The position numbers were made by a program, and so were the translations under genes. Positions 9,879 to 19,621 of a stretch of 64,000 bases of DNA are shown here, in pieces. A model generated the notes under the pieces. That model was not told the origin of the DNA. It did no database searches and was given only the letters and a program-made list of their open reading frames with translations. The first letter of the stretch is position 1. Each line of letters starts with the position of its first letter. Source of the DNA: an uncultured Candidatus Saccharibacteria bacterium (GTDB lineage: Bacteria > Patescibacteriota > Minisyncoccia > Phycocordibacterales > PALSA-1337); assembly GCA_964532285.1 (NCBI GenBank), contig CAZHHB010000003.1:3626-67625 (forward strand), in the 5' to 3' direction.

Positions 9879-10206
9879 TTTGTATTTAAGCTCATGTACT
9901 CTGAGATCTGGAAGAATGTGAATGGTATATAAAAAGAGGCGAACCGAAGTCCGCCCCGTTGAGATGTTTTGTGTTTGTTGTCAGATTCGACTAAACCCGG
10001 TGTTGGCTGGTAATATCCATACCCAACCTTGACTAACCCTTAATAATAATGCAATCTGTCTGTAGATCTACCCTGTAGGTAGCTCTTTTACAGCTCAAAA
10101 CCAAGGCGCCTTGCCTTACAAGGCCCTGTAATGGGGAAGTGCACGCAGTGCGCGCGGTGAGACAAGGCAATGCTTTTCGGCATTTCGTCTCCCGTGGATT
10201 ATACAT

Positions 10207-12546
10207 ATGAAAAAACTGCCTATTAATGACAGTGAAGCAGAGATCGTCTCTGCGATTCAGGGGAACCAAGTGACGATAATACTTGGAGCAACGGGATCAG
10301 GAAAGACGACACAAATTCCAATAATGCTCTATAAAGCAGGGTTTGCTAAAGAAGGCATGATCGGAGTCGCTCAGCCTCGAAAAATAGCCACGACGGCAAT
10401 CGCCGAGTACGTCGCCGAACAGCTTGGAAGCGTGCTCGGGAAAGTCGTCGGCTACAAAGTCAGGTTTGATAATCTGACTGAAAGACAAACAGCAATTAAA
10501 TTTGTTACAAACGGAGTGTTGCTTCGGGAAATTCAGAATGATCCGCAGCTCACAAAATACTCCGTCATTATGATCGACGAAGCTCATGAACGCAGTCTTG
10601 AGATCGACCTTCTCCTAGGACTGATCAAAAATCTCCTCAAGAAAAGAAACGATCTCAAGCTCGTCATCACTTCTGCGACAATCAATGCAGAAAAGTTCAT
10701 GAATTACTTCAAGTCCGATTCTGATGTGCCCGTAGTACTGGTTGGTGGTCGCATGTATCCTGTCGAGGTGAAATATCTCGATTGGAATCCATACGGCCAT
10801 GAAATGGTATCTGCGGCAGTAGAAATGATTGCTTCAATTCACGCTTCAAACGAGCTAGGTGACGTATTGGTGTTTATGACAGGTAGGGATGATATCTCTG
10901 CCGTTGTAAAAAACCTCACTGTCCGCTTGGGTACGAATGCTGTCGTGATGCCTCTCCATGGAGGAATGGAAGCTACCGCCTATAAAGCCGTGTTCCAGCC
11001 CCATAAAGGAAAACGGAAAATCATCGTGGCAACGAATATCGCTGAGACTTCGCTTACGATCGACGGCATAAGGTTCGTCGTCGATAGCGGCCTCATCAAG
11101 CAACAGCACTTCGATTCCCAGACCGGAATGGTTAGCTTGGATATTGTCGAGCATTCTATGGCTGGATGCGAGCAAAGAAAGGGTCGGGCAGGCAGGACGC
11201 AGCCAGGCGTATGCTACCGTCTCTACTCTGAAAAGAGTCTCAAATCACGGCCGTTGTTCACACTGCCGGAAATCCAACGGATGAGCCTATCAAAAGCGGT
11301 GCTCATCATGGAAAGCATGGGCATTAGTGACGTCGAACATTTTGACCTCATTGATCCCCCTGGCTTTCAAGCATTCAGAGAAGCCTATCAGACTCTCATC
11401 ATCATCGGCGCGAACGATTTTCGCACTAAAAAGATAACTGAGCTTGGCAGAAAGATGGCAGAGTTACCGCTCGAACCATGCATCTCCCGAATGCTCATCG
11501 AAGCGGAAAAATACCGCTGTGTGAAAAGCATTGCCGCCTTCGCAGCATTCCAATCGGTACCGCACGTATTCATGCGTCCGCGAGGAAAGGAGGAATCTGC
11601 TGATCATGCGCACCAACAGCTCATGCACCCCAAGTCGGATGCACTTACGCTCATCACCGTTTGGAACAAGTATATTGCAAACGGCCGAAAACAGGACTGG
11701 TGCTACAAGCACTTTCTGAATTCGCACGCTCTTGAGGAGGTGGAACTCATCTACTCCCAGTTGCTTGATATTTTGGAGCAAAACAATGTTTCGCTTACGA
11801 GTACTATGAACGAGGATGTCATCATGAAGTGCGTCGTCTCTGGGCTCGTATTCAACCTCATTGAGCATGATTCGCGATGGGAATATCGTGGCATTTTCCA
11901 GGGGATGGATAAGATCGGCTTACACCCGTCTTCGTCGCTCTACCGCTTGATGCCAAGGTTTGCTGTCGCTACGAGTCTGGTCCGTACGACCAAGCTCTAC
12001 GCTCGGTGTTGTACAGCCGCACCGGTTGAATGGCTCGCGGAGTTCCTTCCGCAGCTCTTCACCTGTAATGAGCCTATCCTGTCCTCATACACCAAAGGAG
12101 AATCGTATGCAGTCGGAGAGCAATCCATCCTGTTCAAAGGGAGGGGAGTCATCCACCGTAGGGTCAAGATTTCCTTGGAATTGGCAAAGCGCCTCAACGA
12201 ATGGAGAGACACACAGATGAAAGCCAAGAGATTGGTACGCCTGGTGTTTCAAAAAAGCGGTGAGCGATACGTTGCCGATTGCAGTGGTGTGGAAGTTGAA
12301 GTGAGCAAGAGAGGAAAAATACTCTCTGTTCGCACAGATGTTCCATACTACTGCGAAGTGGTTCGTCTCGGGCCTGCAGTATTCGCTCATGTCCAAGAAG
12401 AAGCGATAGACCTTGGTGAAAAAGCCAATATTCTGATTCCGGTTCAAAAGGTTGAAAAGCCTGTTTCGACTGCCGACAATCACACTCAGTCACTCGCCCA
12501 GGAATTGGCGAAGGGTTGGGAATTGGTATTGGAAACGCTCAAATAA
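10207..12546 (+). CDS. ATP-dependent DEAH-box RNA helicase, HrpB/HrpA-like
   Basis: GATGSGKTTQIP (motif I), IDEAHERS (DEAH), TSATI (motif III), QRKGRAGR (motif VI); 779 aa. Confidence 0.8.
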   Translation: MKKLPINDSEAEIVSAIQGNQVTIILGATGSGKTTQIPIMLYKAGFAKEGMIGVAQPRKIATTAIAEYVAEQLGSVLGKVVGYKVRFDNLTERQTAIKFVTNGVLLREIQNDPQLTKYSVIMIDEAHERSLEIDLLLGLIKNLLKKRNDLKLVITSATINAEKFMNYFKSDSDVPVVLVGGRMYPVEVKYLDWNPYGHEMVSAAVEMIASIHASNELGDVLVFMTGRDDISAVVKNLTVRLGTNAVVMPLHGGMEATAYKAVFQPHKGKRKIIVATNIAETSLTIDGIRFVVDSGLIKQQHFDSQTGMVSLDIVEHSMAGCEQRKGRAGRTQPGVCYRLYSEKSLKSRPLFTLPEIQRMSLSKAVLIMESMGISDVEHFDLIDPPGFQAFREAYQTLIIIGANDFRTKKITELGRKMAELPLEPCISRMLIEAEKYRCVKSIAAFAAFQSVPHVFMRPRGKEESADHAHQQLMHPKSDALTLITVWNKYIANGRKQDWCYKHFLNSHALEEVELIYSQLLDILEQNNVSLTSTMNEDVIMKCVVSGLVFNLIEHDSRWEYRGIFQGMDKIGLHPSSSLYRLMPRFAVATSLVRTTKLYARCCTAAPVEWLAEFLPQLFTCNEPILSSYTKGESYAVGEQSILFKGRGVIHRRVKISLELAKRLNEWRDTQMKAKRLVRLVFQKSGERYVADCSGVEVEVSKRGKILSVRTDVPYYCEVVRLGPAVFAHVQEEAIDLGEKANILIPVQKVEKPVSTADNHTQSLAQELAKGWELVLETLK

Positions 12547-12594
12547 AAAAACAAACGCGGAAGGAATCAAATCCTTCCGCGTATTTTATTTTTA
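12547..12594. terminator. Bidirectional rho-independent terminator between convergent helicase and rnc
   Basis: A-run, cgcggaagga-atcaaatc-cttccgcg, T-run. Confidence 0.65.
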
Positions 12595-13269
12595 TATCAG
12601 AGTAAGAGCAACTTTTGCCGCCGCTTTCTCCGCCTTGGCCTTAGTCGACCCTTCACCTTGTGCAATAAATGATCCACCGAAGTAGACACCCATCACATAC
12701 TGCTTATCGTGGTCAGGGCCAGATTCCCGAATAACTTGATACGACGGCGTTATTCCAAGTTTGTCCTGAATCTGTTCCTGAAGCAATGATTTCGGATCGG
12801 TCATTTCTTCCCGAGAGTAATCGAGATTGCGCTTGGTAAGAAGTAGTCTACAGATGACTTCCCGAGCCATTTCCATTCCTTGATCAAGTCGGATCGCGCC
12901 GAGAACTGCCTCGAATGCATTTGCGAGAATCACTCTGCGGGATTTGATATCCTTCTGCTCCCCTCGTGAAAGAAACAGAAAGTCGTTGATGCCAAGGAAG
13001 TCACTGACTTCGCTTGCTCTCTCGGAGTTGACTATGTGTGACCGAATCGCTGTCAGTTCGCCTTCCGTTTTTGTAGGAAAGAGATTGAACAGATGCTCGG
13101 TGACGACGATTTGCAAAACAGCATCTCCCAGGAACTCTAGGCGTTCATTGTGGGGGACATCGTTTGCACGATTTTCATTGATATACGACCGATGGGTTAA
13201 GGCTTCCTTTAGAAGCCGTTTGTTTTTGAAGGTACAACCGATTTTCTGCTCAAGAGATGCGTAGTTCAT
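12592..13269 (-). CDS. rnc: Ribonuclease III
   Basis: RNase III signature ERLEFLGDAVL; C-terminal dsRBD-like region. Confidence 0.9.
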   Translation of the reverse strand: MNYASLEQKIGCTFKNKRLLKEALTHRSYINENRANDVPHNERLEFLGDAVLQIVVTEHLFNLFPTKTEGELTAIRSHIVNSERASEVSDFLGINDFLFLSRGEQKDIKSRRVILANAFEAVLGAIRLDQGMEMAREVICRLLLTKRNLDYSREEMTDPKSLLQEQIQDKLGITPSYQVIRESGPDHDKQYVMGVYFGGSFIAQGEGSTKAKAEKAAAKVALTLI

Positions 13270-13380
13270 CAGCTCTCCTTTCTGAGTGCAAATTACATCA
13301 TTAATAAGTTTTTGTCAAAGAAAAAAACCGTCCCTTTCTAGGTGCACGGTTTTTGATTTAAGGCGTACCGATGGAAGTTT

Positions 13381-14109
13381 TCAGGCCGGCGAACATGCTG
13401 CGCGTGCCGCCTTGAGCTTCTTCTTGAGTTCACCCCCGTCCTCTTTCAGACAGACCGAGATTCTTCCGATTGCTCGGTAGAGGCCGTCCTGATCGAGATG
13501 AAACGCACTCAATATTTCGGGCAAGGTGATTTTCGGAAAATCATCCCAGACCAGAAACACCACTGCGTCCTTGGCGAGCAGAACTTCGGCGGCTGGATCA
13601 CGGCTTTGCAAAAGATCCGCACCCAAGAAGAAACTGGTGACCGCTTTCTGAACCTTCCCGATGACCTGGGTTGTGTTCATGGTCGTAACGACCGAAGCCG
13701 TCTCGATCGGCTCAGGCGGGTTCGGCTTTCCACCTGCCGAAATGGTCTGTCGTAGGGGACTGCTAGGACTTGTGGTCGGCAAGCCCACCTGTCCTCCTCC
13801 TGGTATGGCCGACAACATGAGTACTTCTGTCTTGATCTCCTCGATCAATGTGGCCAGTGCCGTGTCGGTTTTCAGCAGTTCCTTAACTGTCTTTGAGGCA
13901 GTGTACACCGTCATGGATGTGGTACTCAAGGCCTCGCAGGTGCCTTTGAGCGAGCTGCCGAGGGCGTCTTTCAGGACATGCATGACCACTTGCCGGTGAA
14001 GGCGGTCACCTTCTTTGCCTTTGATTACTTCAGGCGTTGTTTTGTAGTGCACTGCAACCATCTCGATCACTTTTTGAGCGATACGAGGGTCTTGAGTCTT
14101 TCTTTTCAT
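13381..14109 (-). CDS. DnaA domain IV-like (Bac_DnaA_C-type HTH) protein
   Basis: N-terminal 90 aa (IAQKVIEMVAVHYKTTPEVIKGKEGDRLHRQVVMHVLKD...) aligns with the DnaA C-terminal DNA-binding domain pattern; rest low complexity. Confidence 0.45.
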   Translation of the reverse strand: MKRKTQDPRIAQKVIEMVAVHYKTTPEVIKGKEGDRLHRQVVMHVLKDALGSSLKGTCEALSTTSMTVYTASKTVKELLKTDTALATLIEEIKTEVLMLSAIPGGGQVGLPTTSPSSPLRQTISAGGKPNPPEPIETASVVTTMNTTQVIGKVQKAVTSFFLGADLLQSRDPAAEVLLAKDAVVFLVWDDFPKITLPEILSAFHLDQDGLYRAIGRISVCLKEDGGELKKKLKAARAACSPA

Positions 14110-14210
14110 ACGATTCTTCTACTTTCTTTTTGTTAAGGTTTCTGTGTGTTTATTGAAAACTTTCCGTCTCTGAACCCAATACTACATACTTTAAGGATTT
14201 TGTAAAGAGA

Positions 14211-14242
14211 TAATAAAAAAGCCATCCGATTTCGCGGATGGC
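14211..14242 (-). terminator. Rho-independent terminator after sigma gene
   Basis: Perfect 8-bp stem gccatccg/cggatggc followed (minus strand) by TTTTTT. Confidence 0.55.
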
Positions 14243-14263
14243 TGTGATTTCGACGCTTGTGCA

Positions 14264-17200
14264 TCAAAGGTTCTGTAATTCAACCAGAAAGCGGACTTTC
14301 TCGAACTCTTGAGTGTAATCCGTCATTAGTTGAATGTCTGATTGATCCAATGTTGGGGTTAGCCTCTCCATTGTGACCATTAGAATCTGACGAACTCTTT
14401 CCCGTGTAATGTCATAGGTTTGCCCTAGAGCTTCGTAAGTCAGAGTTTCCTTTGTGGGGTCTCCAGCATAGCGAAGCCTCAAGATTTCCTTGTGACGATC
14501 TGGTACATCGAGTGCGTCGAGCTTGGCATGGAGCTGTTGCACTTTTTGCTTGAATGGCTTGACTACCTTATCAACAATGCTTTTCAGCTCCTCAACCTGT
14601 TTAGGGAAGAGTCGCTTTTGACATTTTTTCAGCAGTTCAAGATCTGATCCATATGGCTCCAAGGTGTACTGCGATCGAATCAGTCCAATCTTCTCCTTGA
14701 GCGCAGGGTTTAACTCCGCCTGCTTCTCAATGTCTCCGCAAATGACGGATACGTTGCCTGGGTCGCTGAAACCGAACATCCTCGCCATTTCCTGACGCTG
14801 TAGCCCGATGTCGTTGTGTAGCAGGTGCATGGTCACATCCCGTGCAAACTTGCGATTTTTTTGTTCTGCATTAGGTCTTGTTACCGACTTTGCGAACAGA
14901 CTCGACTTCTCGATGTTGAATGCTTGGCTCGTGAGAGTAAGCACTTGATCGACAATCGGGGAGGCTGCCATGTTTACTGTCTCGACAGCCTCTGCTAGTT
15001 GCTCGGTCTCGACTGGCTTTTCTTGTCGCAGACCGCACAGGGCGATGATCTTTTCGATTTCGTCCCGAAGGGCGGGATTCTGATCTATCAACCTTTTGAT
15101 CGATCTATATCCATGCATGGCTACCGTGTGCTCTTTATACTGGAGTGCCTGAGCGATTCCAGGAAAGGAAGACTTTAGCTCTTCCCTCATTATGTAAGTG
15201 CAGACCCATCTCACCCACACGATATCGCGTGGCCTTGTTTCGCCGAGTACGGTCTCTGGAGTTTTGCCATAGACCTTACTTACTATACCGACGATATCGT
15301 CAGGTGTAATGATCACTTTTTCCACGCATGTTCCTTCGAGGTTGGCCACAGGCGTTTTGATTAGCTCAACCTCTCCAAGGTTTGCGGCTGGTCGCCCAGG
15401 TATAATCAGGACACCGGGGACCATCTCGCCTTCATCCGCTTGATCCTGGAACACAATAGATACTTCATCCAGAATTAATGCTTCAGTCGGAGTAGAAAGG
15501 TCAGCTTCACCACAAACAATGTTTTCAAGATCATGGACGCGTTTTAATGCAGCCACGAGCTTCTCATCGTTCATTGAGATACCGTATTCACCGAGTTTAT
15601 TCCAGATTTGACTATTCATCTGGCGAATCCGTTCCCGAGTGACTCCAAAACTTGAAGTCTCTGCGATGGATTCCAAGGTATAATCCTCGGCGTGTCCTTC
15701 GAGTCCGTAGTACATTTTGAAGGCAGTTTTTGCCTTTTCTGACACTGGCAATGCTTTGATTGCTGCCAACAATGTTCGGATGTTCCGAGATGCTATCTCC
15801 AAATCCTCCTTTGCTTCAAGAGCAGTGACGGCAGAAGGGAAACATTGATCCATGATTTTGTCGCCGAAGGTAGTGGTGTCTAAATATCTTGACGAGGAGC
15901 AATAGGCCAATTCCTCCAGAGACACGACGGGGACTTTGAGTTGGTGAAGAATCTTCTTCACCTTGTCAACGTCCTCTTCTGCCTTGGCCGCGACTTCTTC
16001 AAGCGTCGGTTCACGCTGCAATTGCATTCCCAATTCACACGTTATCTTGAGGATCTTATTCAGAGCCTCTTGAGCGTGGACTGGCATTCGAACAAGATCC
16101 CTGAAGTTCTGGATTGCTCGTTGCATGTGCTGTCGAACCCACCATGTTGCATATGTAGTGAAGTGAAATCCTTTTTCGGGATCAAACCTTTCCACTGCAA
16201 CCATGAGACCGATATTGCCCTCCTGGACAAGATCGTCGTAGTCCAAACCTCGGCCCATATAATGCGCGGCGATTTTCATCGACAAACGCAAGTTATGAAC
16301 CACGATGGTGTTGCGGGCTTCGTAGTCGCCGTGCATGTGCCACCGGCGTGACAATTCCAACAAGTGTTCGTGTTTTAAGAACTTGTGATTCTTGGCTACA
16401 CGATAGTACGGATTAGTGACACCGGATTCTCGATCGAAGATAAACTTCGGTATGAATTCTCCGTCGGGATCAGCATTCTCGCTTTCCTCACCATCGATTT
16501 CGACTTCTCCGCCTTGTTCCATTTCCAGCAGGGCTTCTTTTGAAGGCTCCTCAGAAACGGTTTCGCTAATGCCGGTTGAGTTGAACAATGCCGGTAGCTT
16601 GCCTTTGTTGATCGGAGCTTCATCGGAACGGCGAGAGTAGGAAGTCACTGGACTCCGTGACTCGGGTTTTTTGTAGTGAACTTCCCCGATCACGATTTTG
16701 ATGTCGATGCCACTCAGAAGTTGAGTGATCCATCGCATTGCTGGTCGGAGCTTCTCACTATCCTGCGAAATTTCCGCAGGGATGAGGGCGCCGATTTGTT
16801 GAGGCGAGATGCGACCTTCGTCTTTGGCTGCTAGAAGAATTCCAAGTGCTTCGGGTTTAAGCCCGTGCTCCTGTAGAATTTTGGCATTCAAGAAAGGCGA
16901 CTCATGACCTTCTCCTGCATATTGCGGTCCCTTAGCTACTGCTAAGAGAGGAACAGTCTGTTCCTCGACTTTCGGTTGCGGTTCCGGCTTTTGAGCCGGA
17001 GCTGCGGGCGCGACAGCAGGGGATTGGACAATATGTGTATGAGTGTGGACGATGTTGAATGTAACAATGATGTGGAGATTTTGCAGTATTTTTTTAATTT
17101 CCTGCAACACCTCCGCCATTTTCTGCCGGTCTTTGGCTAGGGCGCCAGAAACCATTTCACTGATTTCTTGAGGGGTGATTGCCCCTCTTTCCTTGGCTCG

Positions 17201-17293
17201 GGTGAGAGTTTCCTTGGCATGGGGCTTTAACCCCCATCGTTCAAGTACAGCCTCATCAAAACCAACGAGTGCGTGGTCGATTCGGTCTATCAT
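14264..17293 (-). CDS. rpoD: Sigma-70 family factor (RpoD-like, 1009 aa) with duplicated region 1.1, two region-4 HTH units and two DnaA-domain-IV-like modules
   Basis: Region 2: HLLELSRRWHMHGDYEARNTIVVHNLRLSMKIAAHY ... DLVQEGNIGLMVAVERFDPEKGFHFTTYATWWVRQ. Region 4.2: LESIAETSSFGVTRERIRQ and again LTYEALGQTYDITRERVRQI. Two ~60-aa N-terminal repeats resemble sigma70 region 1.1. Two internal segments align with DnaA domain IV (...KEHTVAMHGYRSIKRL). Confidence 0.75.
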   Translation of the reverse strand: MIDRIDHALVGFDEAVLERWGLKPHAKETLTRAKERGAITPQEISEMVSGALAKDRQKMAEVLQEIKKILQNLHIIVTFNIVHTHTHIVQSPAVAPAAPAQKPEPQPKVEEQTVPLLAVAKGPQYAGEGHESPFLNAKILQEHGLKPEALGILLAAKDEGRISPQQIGALIPAEISQDSEKLRPAMRWITQLLSGIDIKIVIGEVHYKKPESRSPVTSYSRRSDEAPINKGKLPALFNSTGISETVSEEPSKEALLEMEQGGEVEIDGEESENADPDGEFIPKFIFDRESGVTNPYYRVAKNHKFLKHEHLLELSRRWHMHGDYEARNTIVVHNLRLSMKIAAHYMGRGLDYDDLVQEGNIGLMVAVERFDPEKGFHFTTYATWWVRQHMQRAIQNFRDLVRMPVHAQEALNKILKITCELGMQLQREPTLEEVAAKAEEDVDKVKKILHQLKVPVVSLEELAYCSSSRYLDTTTFGDKIMDQCFPSAVTALEAKEDLEIASRNIRTLLAAIKALPVSEKAKTAFKMYYGLEGHAEDYTLESIAETSSFGVTRERIRQMNSQIWNKLGEYGISMNDEKLVAALKRVHDLENIVCGEADLSTPTEALILDEVSIVFQDQADEGEMVPGVLIIPGRPAANLGEVELIKTPVANLEGTCVEKVIITPDDIVGIVSKVYGKTPETVLGETRPRDIVWVRWVCTYIMREELKSSFPGIAQALQYKEHTVAMHGYRSIKRLIDQNPALRDEIEKIIALCGLRQEKPVETEQLAEAVETVNMAASPIVDQVLTLTSQAFNIEKSSLFAKSVTRPNAEQKNRKFARDVTMHLLHNDIGLQRQEMARMFGFSDPGNVSVICGDIEKQAELNPALKEKIGLIRSQYTLEPYGSDLELLKKCQKRLFPKQVEELKSIVDKVVKPFKQKVQQLHAKLDALDVPDRHKEILRLRYAGDPTKETLTYEALGQTYDITRERVRQILMVTMERLTPTLDQSDIQLMTDYTQEFEKVRFLVELQNL

Positions 17294-17461
17294 TTTGTGC
17301 TCCTGTGGTTAATTGTTAATGTGCGAAAACTAAAAACACATTACATTACATATATATACTTGTCCAGTCACGGGGGAGCTTTACAGATATCTATTTTAAT
17401 GATATGAAGATGGTTAGATACTTTCAGTTTTTTGTAAATAAACCCTCAACCAAAGGACGAT

Positions 17462-19471
17462 ATGTACACACCTTATGACTATCAAGAAGGGTGTCTTGTT
17501 GTCTTAAAGACAACTCGCATCCAAGGAAAAACCGTCGCACTCATCGTGATGGCGAGCGGTCTTGGAAAGACCGTGACCGTTGCCTTCGATGCTAAAGAGT
17601 GGCTCAAGGAAAACAAGGGCAGGGTTTTATATCTCTGTCATCAGAACGATATTCTCGGCCAAGCTCAGCAGACGTTCGAGTCAATCCTCGGTAGCGGTTA
17701 CACTTACGGATTCTATACGGGTAGGGAAAAAACAGCCCACGGGGCAGATTTTCTGTTCGCCTCCTTCCAGACCATGGCGAAGAATACTCAAAGGGTGTTT
17801 TCGTCAGACGAATTCGCATACATCATTGTTGACGAGAGTCACCATTCGCAGGCGCCGTCTTATCTGAAGATCGTGGAATACTTCAAGCCGAAATTTCTGC
17901 TTGGAGCGACTGCCACGCCAGATCGTGCCGATAGTCTCAATATCCGCTCGGTTTTCGGCGAGGAAGTTTACAATCTTCCTCTCGAGAAAGCTCTTGCACA
18001 GGGACTGCTCACTAGAGTGAACTATCGCCTCGTCACGGACGAAATATCTCTCGACGAGGTCAACAGGACTAACGTCGAAGATTGGTCTCTCGAGGATATC
18101 GACCACAATGTCTTCATTCCCAAACGGGACGAAGAAATTTCCGCCTCAATCGATCGGCATGCGGCTGAACTTGAAGATCAGAGGATCATTGTCTTTGCGA
18201 GCACTATAGCTCGGGCCGAGCAGTTGGCCCAGCGCATTTCGGGAAGTATAACCATTCACTCCGAAGTTCCAACCAAGGAGAGATTGGTCAGGCTCGAAAT
18301 GTTTCGCCAGGGAATGGTTCGTGCGGTGATCACTGTTGATTGCTTTAACGAAGGTATCGACATACCAGAGGCTAATGTAATTGTGTTTCTGCGTTCGACG
18401 ACCTCGATGAGGATATTTTATCAACAGCTTGGTCGGGGCCTACGCCTCTCTCCAGGGAAAGATAAAGTTATCGTCCTCGATTTCGTAGGAAATGCAGAGC
18501 GACTCGTCATGCTCAAGGAACTTGCTGATGCAATTGGTATTCACTATTCGGAGGAAATGGCTGCTCGTGTAAACAAGCGGCAGAATCCCTTCGATATCAA
18601 ATTCGATGAAAAGGCTCAGGGCGTTCTGGATCTCGTCAAACGCATTCGCGTGAAACGAGTCGCTGATGTGCCTGATCTGCTCTTAGAGTATTCACCCCGC
18701 AACCCATTGTCTGCATCGAGTATCTCAGCCAAAAGCTGGAAAGATGTCTGGTGGAAATGCGGAAGATGCGAACATGAATGGCAAGCCAGCCCTGCCGCTA
18801 AAGCATATGGGAGGCAGTGTCCCAAATGTGAAGGACAAGTAACTGCGGAAAATAATCTTGCAGTTCTCCGTCCAAACCTCGCTAGGCAATACACAAGCCG
18901 AAATCTTCTCCCTGCAGATCAAATAATAGGGAAGACGAAAGAGATAGCTTGGTGGAAATGCCCTAAGTGCTCCTATGAATATGGGGCCAGACCTTACAGC
19001 CGCATATACCGAAGCGATGGCTGTCCTGCATGTGCGGCAGAAATGCCTGCATATAAAGACAACTTGGCGTTTCATTCACCCAAACTAGCACTTGAATACT
19101 CTTATACCAACATGCTCTCACCGGAACATGTCGGCTTCAGAACTACATTCGGGCGTTGGTGGATTTGCTCGGACTGTGGCAACAGCTATCAAGCGAGCGC
19201 GCTAGCTAGGGATAATGGAAAAGGCTGTCCAAGATGCACCGCTAAGGTCCCCACGAAAGTGGTCAACCTTATAACGACCCACCCTTTCCTTGCGGAAGAA
19301 TATTCCTCCAGAAACAGGAAATCGGCAGACACGATTCTTGCTGATACCGACGAACAGTTGTGGTGGGTATGCTCTTCTTGCGGCCGTTATTGGCAAGCAA
19401 GTGGAAGGGAACGACTCAACGGAAAGATTTGTCCCCATTGCCCCAAGCTGATACCGGTTTCGGTTGAGTAA
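17462..19471 (+). CDS. SF2 helicase (XPB/ResIII-like) with four C-terminal CxxC-CxxC zinc-ribbon repeats
   Basis: MASGLGKTVT (motif I), VDESHH (II), GATATPDR (III), QQLGRGLR (VI); C-terminal repeats WWKCGRCEHEW...CPKC x4. Confidence 0.75.
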   Translation: MYTPYDYQEGCLVVLKTTRIQGKTVALIVMASGLGKTVTVAFDAKEWLKENKGRVLYLCHQNDILGQAQQTFESILGSGYTYGFYTGREKTAHGADFLFASFQTMAKNTQRVFSSDEFAYIIVDESHHSQAPSYLKIVEYFKPKFLLGATATPDRADSLNIRSVFGEEVYNLPLEKALAQGLLTRVNYRLVTDEISLDEVNRTNVEDWSLEDIDHNVFIPKRDEEISASIDRHAAELEDQRIIVFASTIARAEQLAQRISGSITIHSEVPTKERLVRLEMFRQGMVRAVITVDCFNEGIDIPEANVIVFLRSTTSMRIFYQQLGRGLRLSPGKDKVIVLDFVGNAERLVMLKELADAIGIHYSEEMAARVNKRQNPFDIKFDEKAQGVLDLVKRIRVKRVADVPDLLLEYSPRNPLSASSISAKSWKDVWWKCGRCEHEWQASPAAKAYGRQCPKCEGQVTAENNLAVLRPNLARQYTSRNLLPADQIIGKTKEIAWWKCPKCSYEYGARPYSRIYRSDGCPACAAEMPAYKDNLAFHSPKLALEYSYTNMLSPEHVGFRTTFGRWWICSDCGNSYQASALARDNGKGCPRCTAKVPTKVVNLITTHPFLAEEYSSRNRKSADTILADTDEQLWWVCSSCGRYWQASGRERLNGKICPHCPKLIPVSVE

Positions 19472-19479
19472 GTTGTTTA

Positions 19480-19525
19480 TTTGAATCACGGGCCCCGTTG
19501 CTTACGCGCGGGGTCTTTTTGTACA
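19480..19525 (+). terminator. Probable rho-independent terminator
   Basis: ccccg...cgggg stem followed by tctttttg. Confidence 0.4.
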
Positions 19526-19621
19526 TTTTTATTGACATACTAATGAAATTATGATATCCATTACCCTAGAAACTTTGAAAAATAGGAGCTTAAAAACCTC
19601 CGCAAATAGAAAGAAAAACCT

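Noticed and set aside
9900-10206. Possible structured RNA (RNase P/SRP/riboswitch) in the GC-rich leader upstream of the DEAH helicase
   Set aside because: Could not find P4-type, SRP domain IV or other diagnostic conserved motifs by eye; left as unexplained leader
10297-12493. Several minus-strand ORFs (10297-10587, 10855-11175, 11464-11868, 12085-12483, 12194-12493) inside the HrpB-like helicase gene
   Set aside because: Fully embedded antisense in a gene with strong helicase motifs; no independent signals
15941-16640. Plus-strand ORFs 15941-16351 and 16416-16640 inside the sigma gene
   Set aside because: Antisense to the sigma region 2/3 coding sequence; no motifs
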